Assembly: GCA_965208105.1 (NCBI GenBank)
Contig: OZ242318.1
Span: 2,496,001-2,560,000, forward strand
Origin: Candidatus Latescibacterota bacterium
Lineage (GTDB): Bacteria; Latescibacterota; UBA2968; UBA8231
Direction: 5' to 3'
DNA length: 64,000 nucleotides
The translations under genes and the position numbers were made by a program. Positions 42,944 to 52,395 of the stretch are shown here, in pieces. Each line of letters opens with the position of its first letter. Within the stretch, counting starts at the first letter, position 1. The notes below the pieces were generated by a model. It worked only from the letters and a program-made list of their open reading frames with translations. It was not told where the DNA came from and searched no databases.

Positions 42944-43747
42944 TTAGGCAGCGGGTCTGCTCTTGTTCACGATCTTTTTTATGGTGTTGAAACCCTCTTC
43001 GGCTAGCAGCTCGCGCGTCTCCGGCAGCAACCGTTCCTGCACCGGCTCGGGTATGATAGTGGCGCCTCCCAGGTGCTGCGGCCGATAGCGGAGAACCAAC
43101 GTGCGGCGGTCGCGATCTGGCTTCCAGGTGAGGGTACCGTGGGTCAATGCTTCGGAGATGATGACGATGTCCCCCGCCTTCGGCGTGATATTCACGATGC
43201 CGTCGGGAATCTCGTCGGTGATCCTATCCTCGTCGTAAAACATGCCGGGCGGACGCACGAACGACGCCTTGTGGGACCCCGGCAGCACGACCAAACCGCC
43301 GTCGCCGGGATTCACGTCGGTGAGATACGGAAACACCACCAGGTTGTCGCAGAAGATCCGGCCGTCCTTGACCAGATAGTGGGTGCGCGGCCAGGCGATG
43401 TCCTCCTCCCGCGCGCAATGCAGGTGCGATCCCGGATCCACGCGATTCACCAGCAGCGTGCCGTTCATCAGCCGCGGGCGATCCTGGGTGAGCTCGCAGA
43501 CGACGGGAAAGCTGGCCGAGTGCATGGCGAGCTTCTCCAGGGGCCGATCGAAGGCGAAGCCAAACTGAAAAAGGAGAAAGCCTTCCGACGGCTCTTTGAT
43601 GCCGAACCCGGACGGCATCTCATCCGGCGGGGTCCTGACGTACCGTTCCGCGGCTTCCTGAGCCGCCTTCAAGTCATCCGGCTCAATGGCTCCCTTGAGG
43701 TGGAGGTAGCCAAAGACATCGAAGAAGTACCGTTGTTCAGGAGTCAT
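42944..43747 (-). CDS. PhyH-family dioxygenase (tandem paralogue)
   Basis: MTPEQRYFFDVFGYLHL, PGSHK, LTHGTL. Confidence 0.85.
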   Translation of the reverse strand: MTPEQRYFFDVFGYLHLKGAIEPDDLKAAQEAAERYVRTPPDEMPSGFGIKEPSEGFLLFQFGFAFDRPLEKLAMHSASFPVVCELTQDRPRLMNGTLLVNRVDPGSHLHCAREEDIAWPRTHYLVKDGRIFCDNLVVFPYLTDVNPGDGGLVVLPGSHKASFVRPPGMFYDEDRITDEIPDGIVNITPKAGDIVIISEALTHGTLTWKPDRDRRTLVLRYRPQHLGGATIIPEPVQERLLPETRELLAEEGFNTIKKIVNKSRPAA

Positions 43748-44032
43748 CAGTCGATTTTTCCTCAGGACCCTGCGAATGGCTGCGGAGCGAACGGCCGGCA
43801 TGCCTGGTCGGCAGAGATCGCCCAGGGCCAATAAGGTGGAGCCATATAAGCAAAGTTATAAAACAATGGATGCAAATCCGACCGGGACCGTTGCCGCTTC
43901 ATTGCGGACGTCGGCACCGGGGACCGACCAACTGCTTCAACTACTGGTCCGGGTCAACGCAGTGCCTATTTTTTGGTTCGCTTCCCGATCGCGTCAGGAG
44001 GCCCGCTCAACGACCCCAACAGGATCGACGCC

Positions 44033-44153
44033 ATGAAAATCGAACAGCAGCCTCAGCTTCCGAAGACCCTTCGTCCAATCGTCTGTATTGGCGGTGGTGG
44101 CATCATGCGCGATGCCCACCTGCAGGCCTACCGAAAATCAGGTTTTCCAGTAG
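44033..44153 (+). pseudogene. Gfo/Idh/MocA 5' fragment cut at the ori of copy 8
   Basis: IVCIGGGGIMRDAHLQAYRKSGFPV, then repeat. Confidence 0.65.
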
Positions 44154-44588
44154 AAGTATAGGTAAAATGAGGCACCTTTTTGGCCCTCTTGTCAATGCGC
44201 CGAACACACCCAAGGGGCACAGGGTAAGCTTGCTGATGATCGTTTGCAGGTCGTTGGGCAGGGCTCGCAGTACGGTTTGGTTGTCTGTGGACCCGTATCG
44301 GGTCCAATCCGGTACTCGATGAGGCCCTTCAGGACGCACTTCTCCCTACGGCTCTCGGCGCAGGGAGCGAATCGCGGAGGAGATCAGGCGGCGAACTCGA
44401 ACTGCGGCTGCGGCGGGGCCCTCGGCGGAGGCACCGCCGGCAGCCCTATGCCCTCCAAATAGGTCCGGATCGAGGCCGGATCGGTCAGGGCGGCGACGAT
44501 CCTCAGGCGCCCGCCACAGGTCGCGCATGCGCTGAGGTCGGAGGAAAACACCCGCGCCAGCAGGGCCGCCCACCCGTGCTCGCGTCCG
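44154..44588 (-). mobile_element. ISCR-like copy 8, a putative two-ended mini-element
   Basis: Intact ori, 230-bp UTR, transposase C-terminus, then the 5'-end 19-mer. Confidence 0.88.
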
Positions 44589-44595
44589 AGTCTGC

Positions 44596-47124
44596 TCAGC
44601 GCAACAGGAGCATCTTGCGGACTTGTGACCGTGAGCCGGCGTGCAGGCGGGCAAAGTACACCCCCGTAGCCAAGTCGTGGCCGCGGGAGTCGGCCCCGTC
44701 CCATGTCGCATGATGAACGCCGGCTTCGAGCAACCCGCTGCGCAACACTCGCACTTGCTGGCCCTGCAGATTGTAGATTGTCAGCTCTGCCCACATCGGT
44801 GCCGGCAAGGCAAAGCGGATCTTGGTTGCCGGATTGAACGGGTTGGGGCTGTTGGCGTCGAGCTGGAACGACCGCGGATTTGTGGCGGTGTCGGTGATCG
44901 ACGTCGGCCGCACGCGATCGGCATCGGGCGGCAACTCAGCGAAGAAGACATCATCGAAATAGACCTCGTCGCCCTTGCCAAGGCCGTACATTTCCAAGAA
45001 GATGAACGCGTGGCTGTTTACCGCAGTGAACTCCGGCACCACCAGCTGTGTCCATTCGCCATCCGAATTCTCCCACGAAACGTAGATGTCGTAATCGCCA
45101 CTGGCCTGGTAGAGGCCGATGCGTCCATACGACACCGCGCAATTGGCCTTCACCCACAACCGCGCGGTGTACTTCTTTCCCGGGGTGATCGGAATATTGG
45201 ACCTGCTCCAGCGGCCCTTGTTGGTCGAACCGTCGCGATAGACAATTCTGAACGACTTGTCGCCGGTATGCCCCGATCCAGAGGGCGTGTCAATCGTATA
45301 AGACCCACCCTGTATTCTTTCGGCCGACCAACCCATCGAGCCGCGTTCGGCGCCGGGATTGATCACCAGATTCTCCCCGATGCCGGGTATCGTGGCTGGA
45401 TCGACAGATATCGACTTCAGCCTGTCAAAGATCTCCTGCTCCGCCTGCACCGCATCGATATTGCTTTTTGAGCCTCCGCGCGCAGTTGCTGCCGCCTCAT
45501 CGAGGTGACGCTGCAGGCCGCCCATGGCATCGCGAAGGGCGGCAGGAAAGAGCTGGTAGGCGGAGGTATACATCGCCAGCGACGGCATGTTGCTCCGCAG
45601 GGTCGTCTCGTAGAGCGCATGGTAGGCCATCATGCTCGCCGCCGCCGGGCCGTACATCCTGGCGCTGTAATCGTCGAGAAGACCGTCATACCCGAGCGCT
45701 GTATCCCAGCCGCACTGGGCCAGAGCGTAGGCCGGCAGCCGCAGGCTGTCCCAGTGCCGGGGCTGCGTTTCCGCCACGATCCCTTTGAGTCCTGCTTCGA
45801 GCAGCTCCGGGTATTCCTCGCACAAGGTGCGGGCGATGGGCGATGGTGCGTAATCGACGCCCGAAAAGTAGTAGTATTCGTAGAGCGTCACGTGCTTGGC
45901 CTTGTTCAGCCAGCCCCGTAACTGCCGCATGATCGGGGCATTGCTCGGGTCGCTAGGGTCGGTGAGTTTTTTCAGGAAATTCCGGCCGGTGGTGGTCAAC
46001 CGGATCGCCACGTTGGGCGACACCTCGATGTCCGCCGGCTCGCGGTAATTGTCGTAGGCCAATGTCAGGAACAGCTTGTCAGGATATTCCTCCGCCAAGG
46101 CATCGGCCACCGTATTGACCAGCCGGATCAGACGATTGGAGTAGATCGCCGTACCCTGCTGGTCGCCGTCCCACGCCAGGCAGTCCGGGTTCTGGCACCA
46201 TCCGTAGCTGCCATCATTCGGAATGATGCCGAATGTTGTTAGCGTCGGATAAGCATCGAAGAGACCCCGCGCCTTGTCGATGATCACCTGTGCAACACCG
46301 GGTTGGGAAACACAGATCTGCATGTTGACGCTGTTCGAGCCGCTGCATTGTCGCTTGCCGCCGATCTCGGGGAAATATTCTGGATGGCTGTCGAAATACT
46401 CGTCGCACGGAACCAGCCAGTGAAAGGTGTGCTGGCCGCCGTCCGGATCGATGCCGCGCGCCGCCAGGCGGCCGGCTACCGAGCCCATGTGATACGGCAA
46501 CGTCGGCTTGTAGTTGAGCCGGTTGTGGGACATCCAGGCGACGATGCGATTTTCGTAATGGGGACCATCGACCTCACCGCCGATATGCAGACCTCGAAAG
46601 TCAAAATCGGGTGGTTCCCGGGTCATGTATATCTCGTCCACCGCAACCGTGGTCTGAAGCGGACCCAGCCGCATCGGACCACTGTCGTACGCCGGCCAGG
46701 AAACCTTCAGCACCTGCTCACAGAAGTCCATCGTTGCCCACATCACCTCGCGGTGCTCGCGGCCCACGATGTTAATGTCATCGCCCGAGCGGAATACGCT
46801 GATGTCCTGGTCGGCGGGAATGTCTATACCTGTTTCCGCAAATGCTTCCACGGTGCCCAGCCGAATTTCAGCCAAGCCGTCGATAGGACCGGTCTCCGGC
46901 CGCACGCCCGTCGCCGCTTCGAAGGCATCCGTCAGCTTGCGTGCGGCATAGGTTTCGACGGTGCGATAGCCGTACAGACGGCTGGGCTCGTCTCCGAGAA
47001 TGACGATGCAAACGTTGCTCCGGCCATTGTCGATCAGGGTAAGAGGTTCGGGAAAGGTGGGGGAAACCACGGTCAGAAGCGCAACCAATGAGCCGAAGGC
47101 AATGAGTCTGCTGTTCCTCAACAT
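44596..47124 (-). CDS. Secreted DUF4838-like protein with CBM-like and FlgD Ig-like C-terminal domains
   Basis: Signal peptide; FDSHPEYF, QICVSQP, PNDG; NPGAE; PNPFNPAT...TGVYFARL. Confidence 0.75.
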   Translation of the reverse strand: MLRNSRLIAFGSLVALLTVVSPTFPEPLTLIDNGRSNVCIVILGDEPSRLYGYRTVETYAARKLTDAFEAATGVRPETGPIDGLAEIRLGTVEAFAETGIDIPADQDISVFRSGDDINIVGREHREVMWATMDFCEQVLKVSWPAYDSGPMRLGPLQTTVAVDEIYMTREPPDFDFRGLHIGGEVDGPHYENRIVAWMSHNRLNYKPTLPYHMGSVAGRLAARGIDPDGGQHTFHWLVPCDEYFDSHPEYFPEIGGKRQCSGSNSVNMQICVSQPGVAQVIIDKARGLFDAYPTLTTFGIIPNDGSYGWCQNPDCLAWDGDQQGTAIYSNRLIRLVNTVADALAEEYPDKLFLTLAYDNYREPADIEVSPNVAIRLTTTGRNFLKKLTDPSDPSNAPIMRQLRGWLNKAKHVTLYEYYYFSGVDYAPSPIARTLCEEYPELLEAGLKGIVAETQPRHWDSLRLPAYALAQCGWDTALGYDGLLDDYSARMYGPAAASMMAYHALYETTLRSNMPSLAMYTSAYQLFPAALRDAMGGLQRHLDEAAATARGGSKSNIDAVQAEQEIFDRLKSISVDPATIPGIGENLVINPGAERGSMGWSAERIQGGSYTIDTPSGSGHTGDKSFRIVYRDGSTNKGRWSRSNIPITPGKKYTARLWVKANCAVSYGRIGLYQASGDYDIYVSWENSDGEWTQLVVPEFTAVNSHAFIFLEMYGLGKGDEVYFDDVFFAELPPDADRVRPTSITDTATNPRSFQLDANSPNPFNPATKIRFALPAPMWAELTIYNLQGQQVRVLRSGLLEAGVHHATWDGADSRGHDLATGVYFARLHAGSRSQVRKMLLLR

Positions 47125-47161
47125 GGCGATGTCCTGGGAGCGAGGGCGCTGGGGCCGGGAG

Positions 47162-47459
47162 AAGTATAGGTAAAATGAGGCACCTTTTTGGCCCTCTTGT
47201 CAATGCGCCGAACACACCCAAGGGGCACAGGGTAAGCTTGCTGATGATCGTTTGCAGGTCGTTGGGCAGGGCTCGCAGTACAGTTTGGTTGTCTGTGGGC
47301 CCGTATCGGGTCCAATCCGGTACTCGATGAGGCCCTTCAGGACGCACTTCTCCCTACGGCTCTCGGCGCAGGGAGCGAATAGCGGATGAGATCAGGCGGC
47401 GAACTCGAACTGCGGCTGCGGCGGGGCCTCGGCGGAGGCACCGCCGGCAGCCCTATGCC
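47162..47459 (-). mobile_element. ISCR-like copy 9 (intact ori)
   Basis: Repeat identity through GIGLPAVPPP. Confidence 0.9.
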
Positions 47460-47634
47460 GGCACCGTAAGGTGCGGTCGCACTGTTTGAAGACGATCCGC
47501 CGGAGCCACGGGGCGAAAGCCGCCGCGCCGTAGACCTTTTCCTGCCCGGCGAAAGCCTCGACGAACGCTTCCGGGGCCGCATCCTCGGCCAGGTGGAAAT
47601 CGCCGAGCACCGCCCCGGCGTACCCCACGGCCAT
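47460..47634 (-). pseudogene. ECF sigma-70 region 2 fragment cut by copy 9
   Basis: AVGYAGAVLGDFHLAEDAA.EAF...FAPWLRRIVFKQC. Confidence 0.65.
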
Positions 47635-47740
47635 GAAGCTGTTTCGTTTGGGCGTTTCGTGGCAAAAAACGGTATGGTAGGCGCGTTTTCATTTTCCCCC
47701 AGCATCCAAGTCAACCCCGTAGCATGCGATCCATAGGCCA

Positions 47741-49246
47741 TCAGACAAACTGAATGGTGTACAGGCAGACGCTGCGCATGTCCAGACGCAGGCGCACCGG
47801 CTCACCCTGCAGGCGCGACAGGTCCGCCCCTTCCCAGGACACCTCGTTAACCCCGCTCTCCAGAACGGTGGTTGAATTCTCGAAGGTGAAGCCCTCGATC
47901 GGGGCCCCCGACTGGTCTGCCAGGGCCGCGCGCACCTCGCACTCGTCGAAATTCCTCACCTCCCTGGGAAGCGCTTCCCCTATCGCCGCATCCACATCGA
48001 TGAGCAGCTTCGAACCCTCGAAGGTCAAGGGATGGGTGGTGATCCGCGCCTGCTTCGGTCCGGCCAGCAGGCCGGCCCAGCGGTCCTCGGGCAGGGTGGC
48101 CAGGGCGATGTTCGTCTCGCAGGTATCGCTGAGCCGCGTCGGGTTTTCGGCATGGGCGCCGCTGTATCCGGTGTAGTAGATCCAGATCTGGCCGTCCTGC
48201 ACGATCGGTCCCGACGGCAGCAGGTATCCCGCGTCGTAGGTGCCGATCTCGCCGCGCCCGAGGAAGGGCACGTGGCGGTCGACCCAGTTCCAGTGGAAGC
48301 CGTCGCGGCTGCTCATCAGGAACACGTCCCACACCTGGTCGTGGGTCTTGTGGATCATCAGGAAGCCGACGTAGAACTCGCCGCAGAACCCGGCCGTGAA
48401 GTACTGGTACTGGTGATCGACCCGGTCGCCGTCGTCAGGCGCCAGCATGATCCGCGTCGGCGTCCAGTGCTCGAAGTCGTCGCTCTCGGCGTAGCCCACG
48501 GTGCGGATGTGGCGATGGTGGCCGCTGCCGTCGATCTCGTGGGTGAGTGGGTGGCCGGGGCGGAAGTAGCCGACATACTTCTGCTTCTTCGGATCCCAGC
48601 CCAGCACGGTGGAGGCGTCGGCCACGTCGGTGGGGTACTGCACCACCGCCTGGTTGTTGTAAGTCCAGTGCAGGCCGTCGGGGGAATAGGCGTTCACCAT
48701 ACCGCCGGGGGGCTGATGGCCGCCCGGACCGTGCATCTCGCCCTGCGCCTTGTAGCGGCGCTGCGGGTCCGGATCGCGGGGATCCTTGAAGACGTTGTAG
48801 TAGTTGGGTTCACCCGCGTCGCCGCCCCGGCGGAGCATGTCGACGATATTGTTCTGCCTCGAGTCTTCGAACTCGATCAACCCCAGATCGGGCTTTTGCC
48901 AGTAGAAGCCGTCGGTCGACGTGGCGTAGCACCAGGGCCGGCGGCCATCGGGGAGGGCGGATGGCAGGTACCACATCTTGAAGAGGTTCTCTTCTTCGTC
49001 GTAGAGGACCGTCTGACCTACGAGCTGCACATCTCCAGTCTTGCCGCGGCCTCTGCCCTCCTCCCAGGGCCGGTCTGCCACCATGATGGGATTGCCGGCG
49101 TGCTTGTTGGGCCGGAACATGTAGTGGGAGATGCGGCTGGCTTCGTCGATGAGCAGGTCGTCGAGGAAATGCTGCTTGCGCTTGCCGATGTCGACGATGC
49201 CGGCTGCCGGGGTGGAGGCGGGTTCTATCATGGATCCGGTTTTCAT
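47741..49246 (-). CDS. Glycoside hydrolase-like beta-propeller protein (paralogue of 21583-23070)
   Basis: Collinear, with long identical peptide stretches. Confidence 0.75.
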   Translation of the reverse strand: MKTGSMIEPASTPAAGIVDIGKRKQHFLDDLLIDEASRISHYMFRPNKHAGNPIMVADRPWEEGRGRGKTGDVQLVGQTVLYDEEENLFKMWYLPSALPDGRRPWCYATSTDGFYWQKPDLGLIEFEDSRQNNIVDMLRRGGDAGEPNYYNVFKDPRDPDPQRRYKAQGEMHGPGGHQPPGGMVNAYSPDGLHWTYNNQAVVQYPTDVADASTVLGWDPKKQKYVGYFRPGHPLTHEIDGSGHHRHIRTVGYAESDDFEHWTPTRIMLAPDDGDRVDHQYQYFTAGFCGEFYVGFLMIHKTHDQVWDVFLMSSRDGFHWNWVDRHVPFLGRGEIGTYDAGYLLPSGPIVQDGQIWIYYTGYSGAHAENPTRLSDTCETNIALATLPEDRWAGLLAGPKQARITTHPLTFEGSKLLIDVDAAIGEALPREVRNFDECEVRAALADQSGAPIEGFTFENSTTVLESGVNEVSWEGADLSRLQGEPVRLRLDMRSVCLYTIQFV

Positions 49247-49374
49247 TGGATTGGCTCCTCTGCGTGATGCCCCCTATGGCATGGACCGAAGAAGGGACGT
49301 TGTCTGTTGTCTGGGTCGTGCCGGCGCCAGCCGAAGACGCGGCCAGCCGGCGGGTGCGCAAACGGGCAATGTTC

Positions 49375-50112
49375 CTAACGGTCGAATGACTCCAACTGGT
49401 CAGGTACTAGTCGACAATGATCTCCCAGGCGCTCCCGGATGTCCTCACCCAGGGAGCCTGCGATTTCATACTGCGGCCGCGTATTCGGGCAGCTGAACCC
49501 GAGGTGAATCGCCCGTCTGGGCGACGAAGAAAAGTTCGCCCGTCCACCGTGCCAGACGTCTCCATGCAGTATGATCGCGGATCCCGCGGGACAGGTGGCA
49601 TATATCTCTCCAGGAATATCCGCCTTGGGATCTGAGACCACGTCTCGCGGCCAGGGGCCTTTGTGCGAGCCAGGAACGAGACGAGTTGCTCCGTTTTCCT
49701 TCGTCATCTCATCGATGGCCCAGACGACATTCAGATAGCCCGTGCAATTGGGGAAAAACGATCGATCGGCATGAATGGCCTGATGAGGACGGGGATCGCC
49801 CGGTATGGGATCGTGGAAATTCATCGCTTGCCAACGCACATCGCTCCCAATCTCTACTTGGGCGGATTCCAGCGCGAGTGGATCGGTGGCCAATTCCGCC
49901 AGCGAATCACCCTTGCCAATGAGGTTGCACAATCGCCGAACACCAGGCTGACTTGATCCTTCCGAGCCCGCCAGGTCACCCTCAAAGACGTACCTGTTCT
50001 CCAGCTCCTCTCGCAGTGCTTCCAGCCGTCCTTCTGTCAGCCAGCATTCCACGATCAGGTAGCCGTGCTCCAGGTAAAACTCCCATTGATGTGAGGATAT
50101 CATCTCATCCAT
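49375..50112 (-). CDS. PhyH-family dioxygenase
   Basis: IHAD, ENGATRLVPGSH, VWHGG. Confidence 0.85.
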   Translation of the reverse strand: MDEMISSHQWEFYLEHGYLIVECWLTEGRLEALREELENRYVFEGDLAGSEGSSQPGVRRLCNLIGKGDSLAELATDPLALESAQVEIGSDVRWQAMNFHDPIPGDPRPHQAIHADRSFFPNCTGYLNVVWAIDEMTKENGATRLVPGSHKGPWPRDVVSDPKADIPGEIYATCPAGSAIILHGDVWHGGRANFSSSPRRAIHLGFSCPNTRPQYEIAGSLGEDIRERLGDHCRLVPDQLESFDR

Positions 50113-50196
50113 GTGCCTGGACTTCAGCCAATCCGGCGACTCGGGAAACGCGTCGAGGCGGAGCGGTGCTGGCAAATCCTCATCTTGAATGGATTC

Positions 50197-50684
50197 CTAA
50201 AGCAGGCTGTCCAATACTTCCGCATAGAGCATTTCTGCTCGAACGACGCATTTTTCAGGGAGTGGACCGGTCGTGCCACCACATTTTTCGCGTAATCTGG
50301 TAAAACCTTCTATCTCATAAGCCGCGGGTCGAAAGTTGTGTTCTGGTGGTACCGGTTGCCAGAATGCTTTCATCATGCGACTAGCAATTCGCGTATTTTC
50401 TTCGTCATCGAGGTACAGGCCCAGTGGCAGACCAGGACGGGCACGTTCGAGCATGAGCGTGCCCGATTCTTCATCGTAGTCGAGTAATTGAACGGCGCTA
50501 TTTCCATCACAAAGTTGCAGCGCATGGCATTCATTTTGTTCATTCTCCAATCTTTGAACGGGCGAGTTAATTTTGAGAATTACTTCCTGGCCGTCGGCGC
50601 GCCTTGCAGGTGCAATGTAGCTATAAGACATTTCGACATGTTCTTCGGTCATAGGTGCTTCCATGCGAAGTTCCCAGCGTTTCG
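50197..50684 (-). pseudogene. APH(6)/hydroxyurea-resistance kinase family fragment, truncated at both ends
   Basis: VILKI, ECHAL...GNSAVQLL, LMLERARPG; ends before the HGD motif and starts at the ori of copy 10. Confidence 0.65.
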
Positions 50685-51204
50685 AAGTATAGGTAAAATG
50701 AGGCACCTTTTTGGCCCTCTTGTCAATGCGCCGAACACACCCAAGGGGCACAGGGTAAGCTTGCTGATGATCGTTTGCAGATCGTTTTACAGGGCTCGCA
50801 GTAGGGTTGGATAGCCTGTGGGCCCGTAGCGGGTCCAATCCCGTACTCGATGAGGCCCTTCAGGACGCACTTCTCCCTACGGCTCTCGGCGCAGGGAGCG
50901 AATCGCGGATGAGATCAGGCGGCGAACTCGAACTGCGGCTGCGGCGGGGGCCTCGGCGGCAGCCCTACCCCCTCCAGATAGGTCCGGATCGGTCAGGGCG
51001 GCGACGATCCTCAGGCGCCCGCCACAGGTCGCGCCTGCGCTGAGGTCGGAGGAAAACACCCGCGCCAGCAGGGCCGCCCACCCCAGGCGATGGGTGCAGG
51101 ACGGAGCGCTCGTATCGCCGTCCGCCGCCGGCTCGGCAACCGGCTTGGCCGGCACGATGCGGCCGCGGTCGCGGGCACGGGGGGCCAGGACCCCGTGGTA
51201 GCGC
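50685..51204 (-). mobile_element. ISCR-like copy 10 (intact ori, C-terminal transposase with small deletions)
   Basis: Repeat; RYHGVLAPRARDR... Confidence 0.9.
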
Positions 51205-52117
51205 GGGCACTGGCATCTGCTCCGGCGAAGGGGGCATGTTACCCGAAGAGCAGGCGGAGAACAGTCGTTACTTTTATGAACTCGCCTCTGCATGCTTCGG
51301 CTATTCGTGGGATAAGCTGCATCTGGTTCAGGCGTTCCACTTCAAGGGTGGGCAGGGTGCGAAGACAGGCACCGGCGGCCACCTTCCCGGTGCAAAGGTG
51401 CAAGAAAAGATTGCTGAGGTTCGTGGTCTCGTTGCAGGGCAGCCGGCGATTTCTCCTGCACGCTTCCCAGACTGGCACACCTTGGACGACTTCAAAAACT
51501 TTGCCGAAGAAGTCCGCAAGGAAACCGATGGCATCCCGATTGGCTTTAAGTTATCTGCGCAACATATTGAGGAGGATATCGAAGCCGCAATCCAAATTGG
51601 GGCGGATTATATCATTCTTGACGGTCGGGGCGGCGCCACCGGTGCAGCACCGCTCATCTTTCGTGATAACATTTCGGTCCCAACGATGCCAGCGATTGCA
51701 CGAGCGAGGAAGTACCTTGATGAAACAGGCAATGGTGATATAACCCTGATCGCGACGGGCGGATTAAGATTGCCAGCGGACTTTGCTAAGGCACTCGCGC
51801 TTGGCGCAGATGGTGTTGCCATTGCGAACTCAGCGCTGCAAGCAATTGGCTGCGTGGGTATGCGTGCCTGCCATACGAACAGTTGCCCGGTCGGAATTGC
51901 CACGCAAAAAGAGTATCTCCGTGCCCGGCTCATTGTTCATCAAGCCGCCCGGCGGCTCGACCGATTCCTCGGAGCAGCGGTTGAATTGATGCAGGTAATG
52001 GCGCGTGCCTGTGGGCATACCCACCTGAATCAATTTTGCATTGGTGATCTCACAACGTGGAAGCGGGAGATTGCATATCTGACCGGGGTTAAGTACGCTG
52101 GGGTTGTTCCTCTATAA
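51205..52117 (+). pseudogene. FMN-binding glutamate synthase family, 5'-truncated by copy 10
   Basis: SGEGG, GQGAKTGTGGHLPG, CxxxxxCxxxxCPVGIATQ. Confidence 0.8.
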
Positions 52118-52124
52118 GGAAGTG

Positions 52125-52334
52125 CTAGGGCGTGTTGATATTTATGTAACACGTGCCCATAATTCGCCAATAAGTATCCAATCGTAGGGGCGAGGTTTCC
52201 TCGCCCAATCTCGATTTCATTGAGGATTCTCGCCTTGCGGAACAGGTTGGGCAACCCAACCCCTACGGGAATTGACCTAATGTAGGGGCAACCCTTGTGG
52301 TTGCCCAAAATACTACTTTATCAACAAAACCTAG
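52125..52334. mobile_element. MITE-like element containing GTAG REP palindromes
   Basis: Imperfect IR CTAGGGCGTGTTGATA/TATCAACAAAACCTAG around REP-like hairpins at 52184-52206, 52245-52266 (inverted) and 52282-52306. Confidence 0.6.
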
Positions 52335-52395
52335 GTAAACGTAGAAAACGCAGATCTGCGTTCCCTATAAGGTAAAAGTTGAATAGGAGGCAACT

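Noticed and set aside
44103-44339. Recurring small ORFs MRPEGPHRVPDWTRYG...GPKRCLILP (also at 15362, 38595, 46868)
   Set aside because: These are translations of the element's 3' UTR; indels between copies shift the frame and the C-termini come from random flanks.
50197-50684. Functional aminoglycoside resistance gene mobilised by ISCR
   Set aside because: The fragment lacks its N-terminus and the catalytic HGD region.
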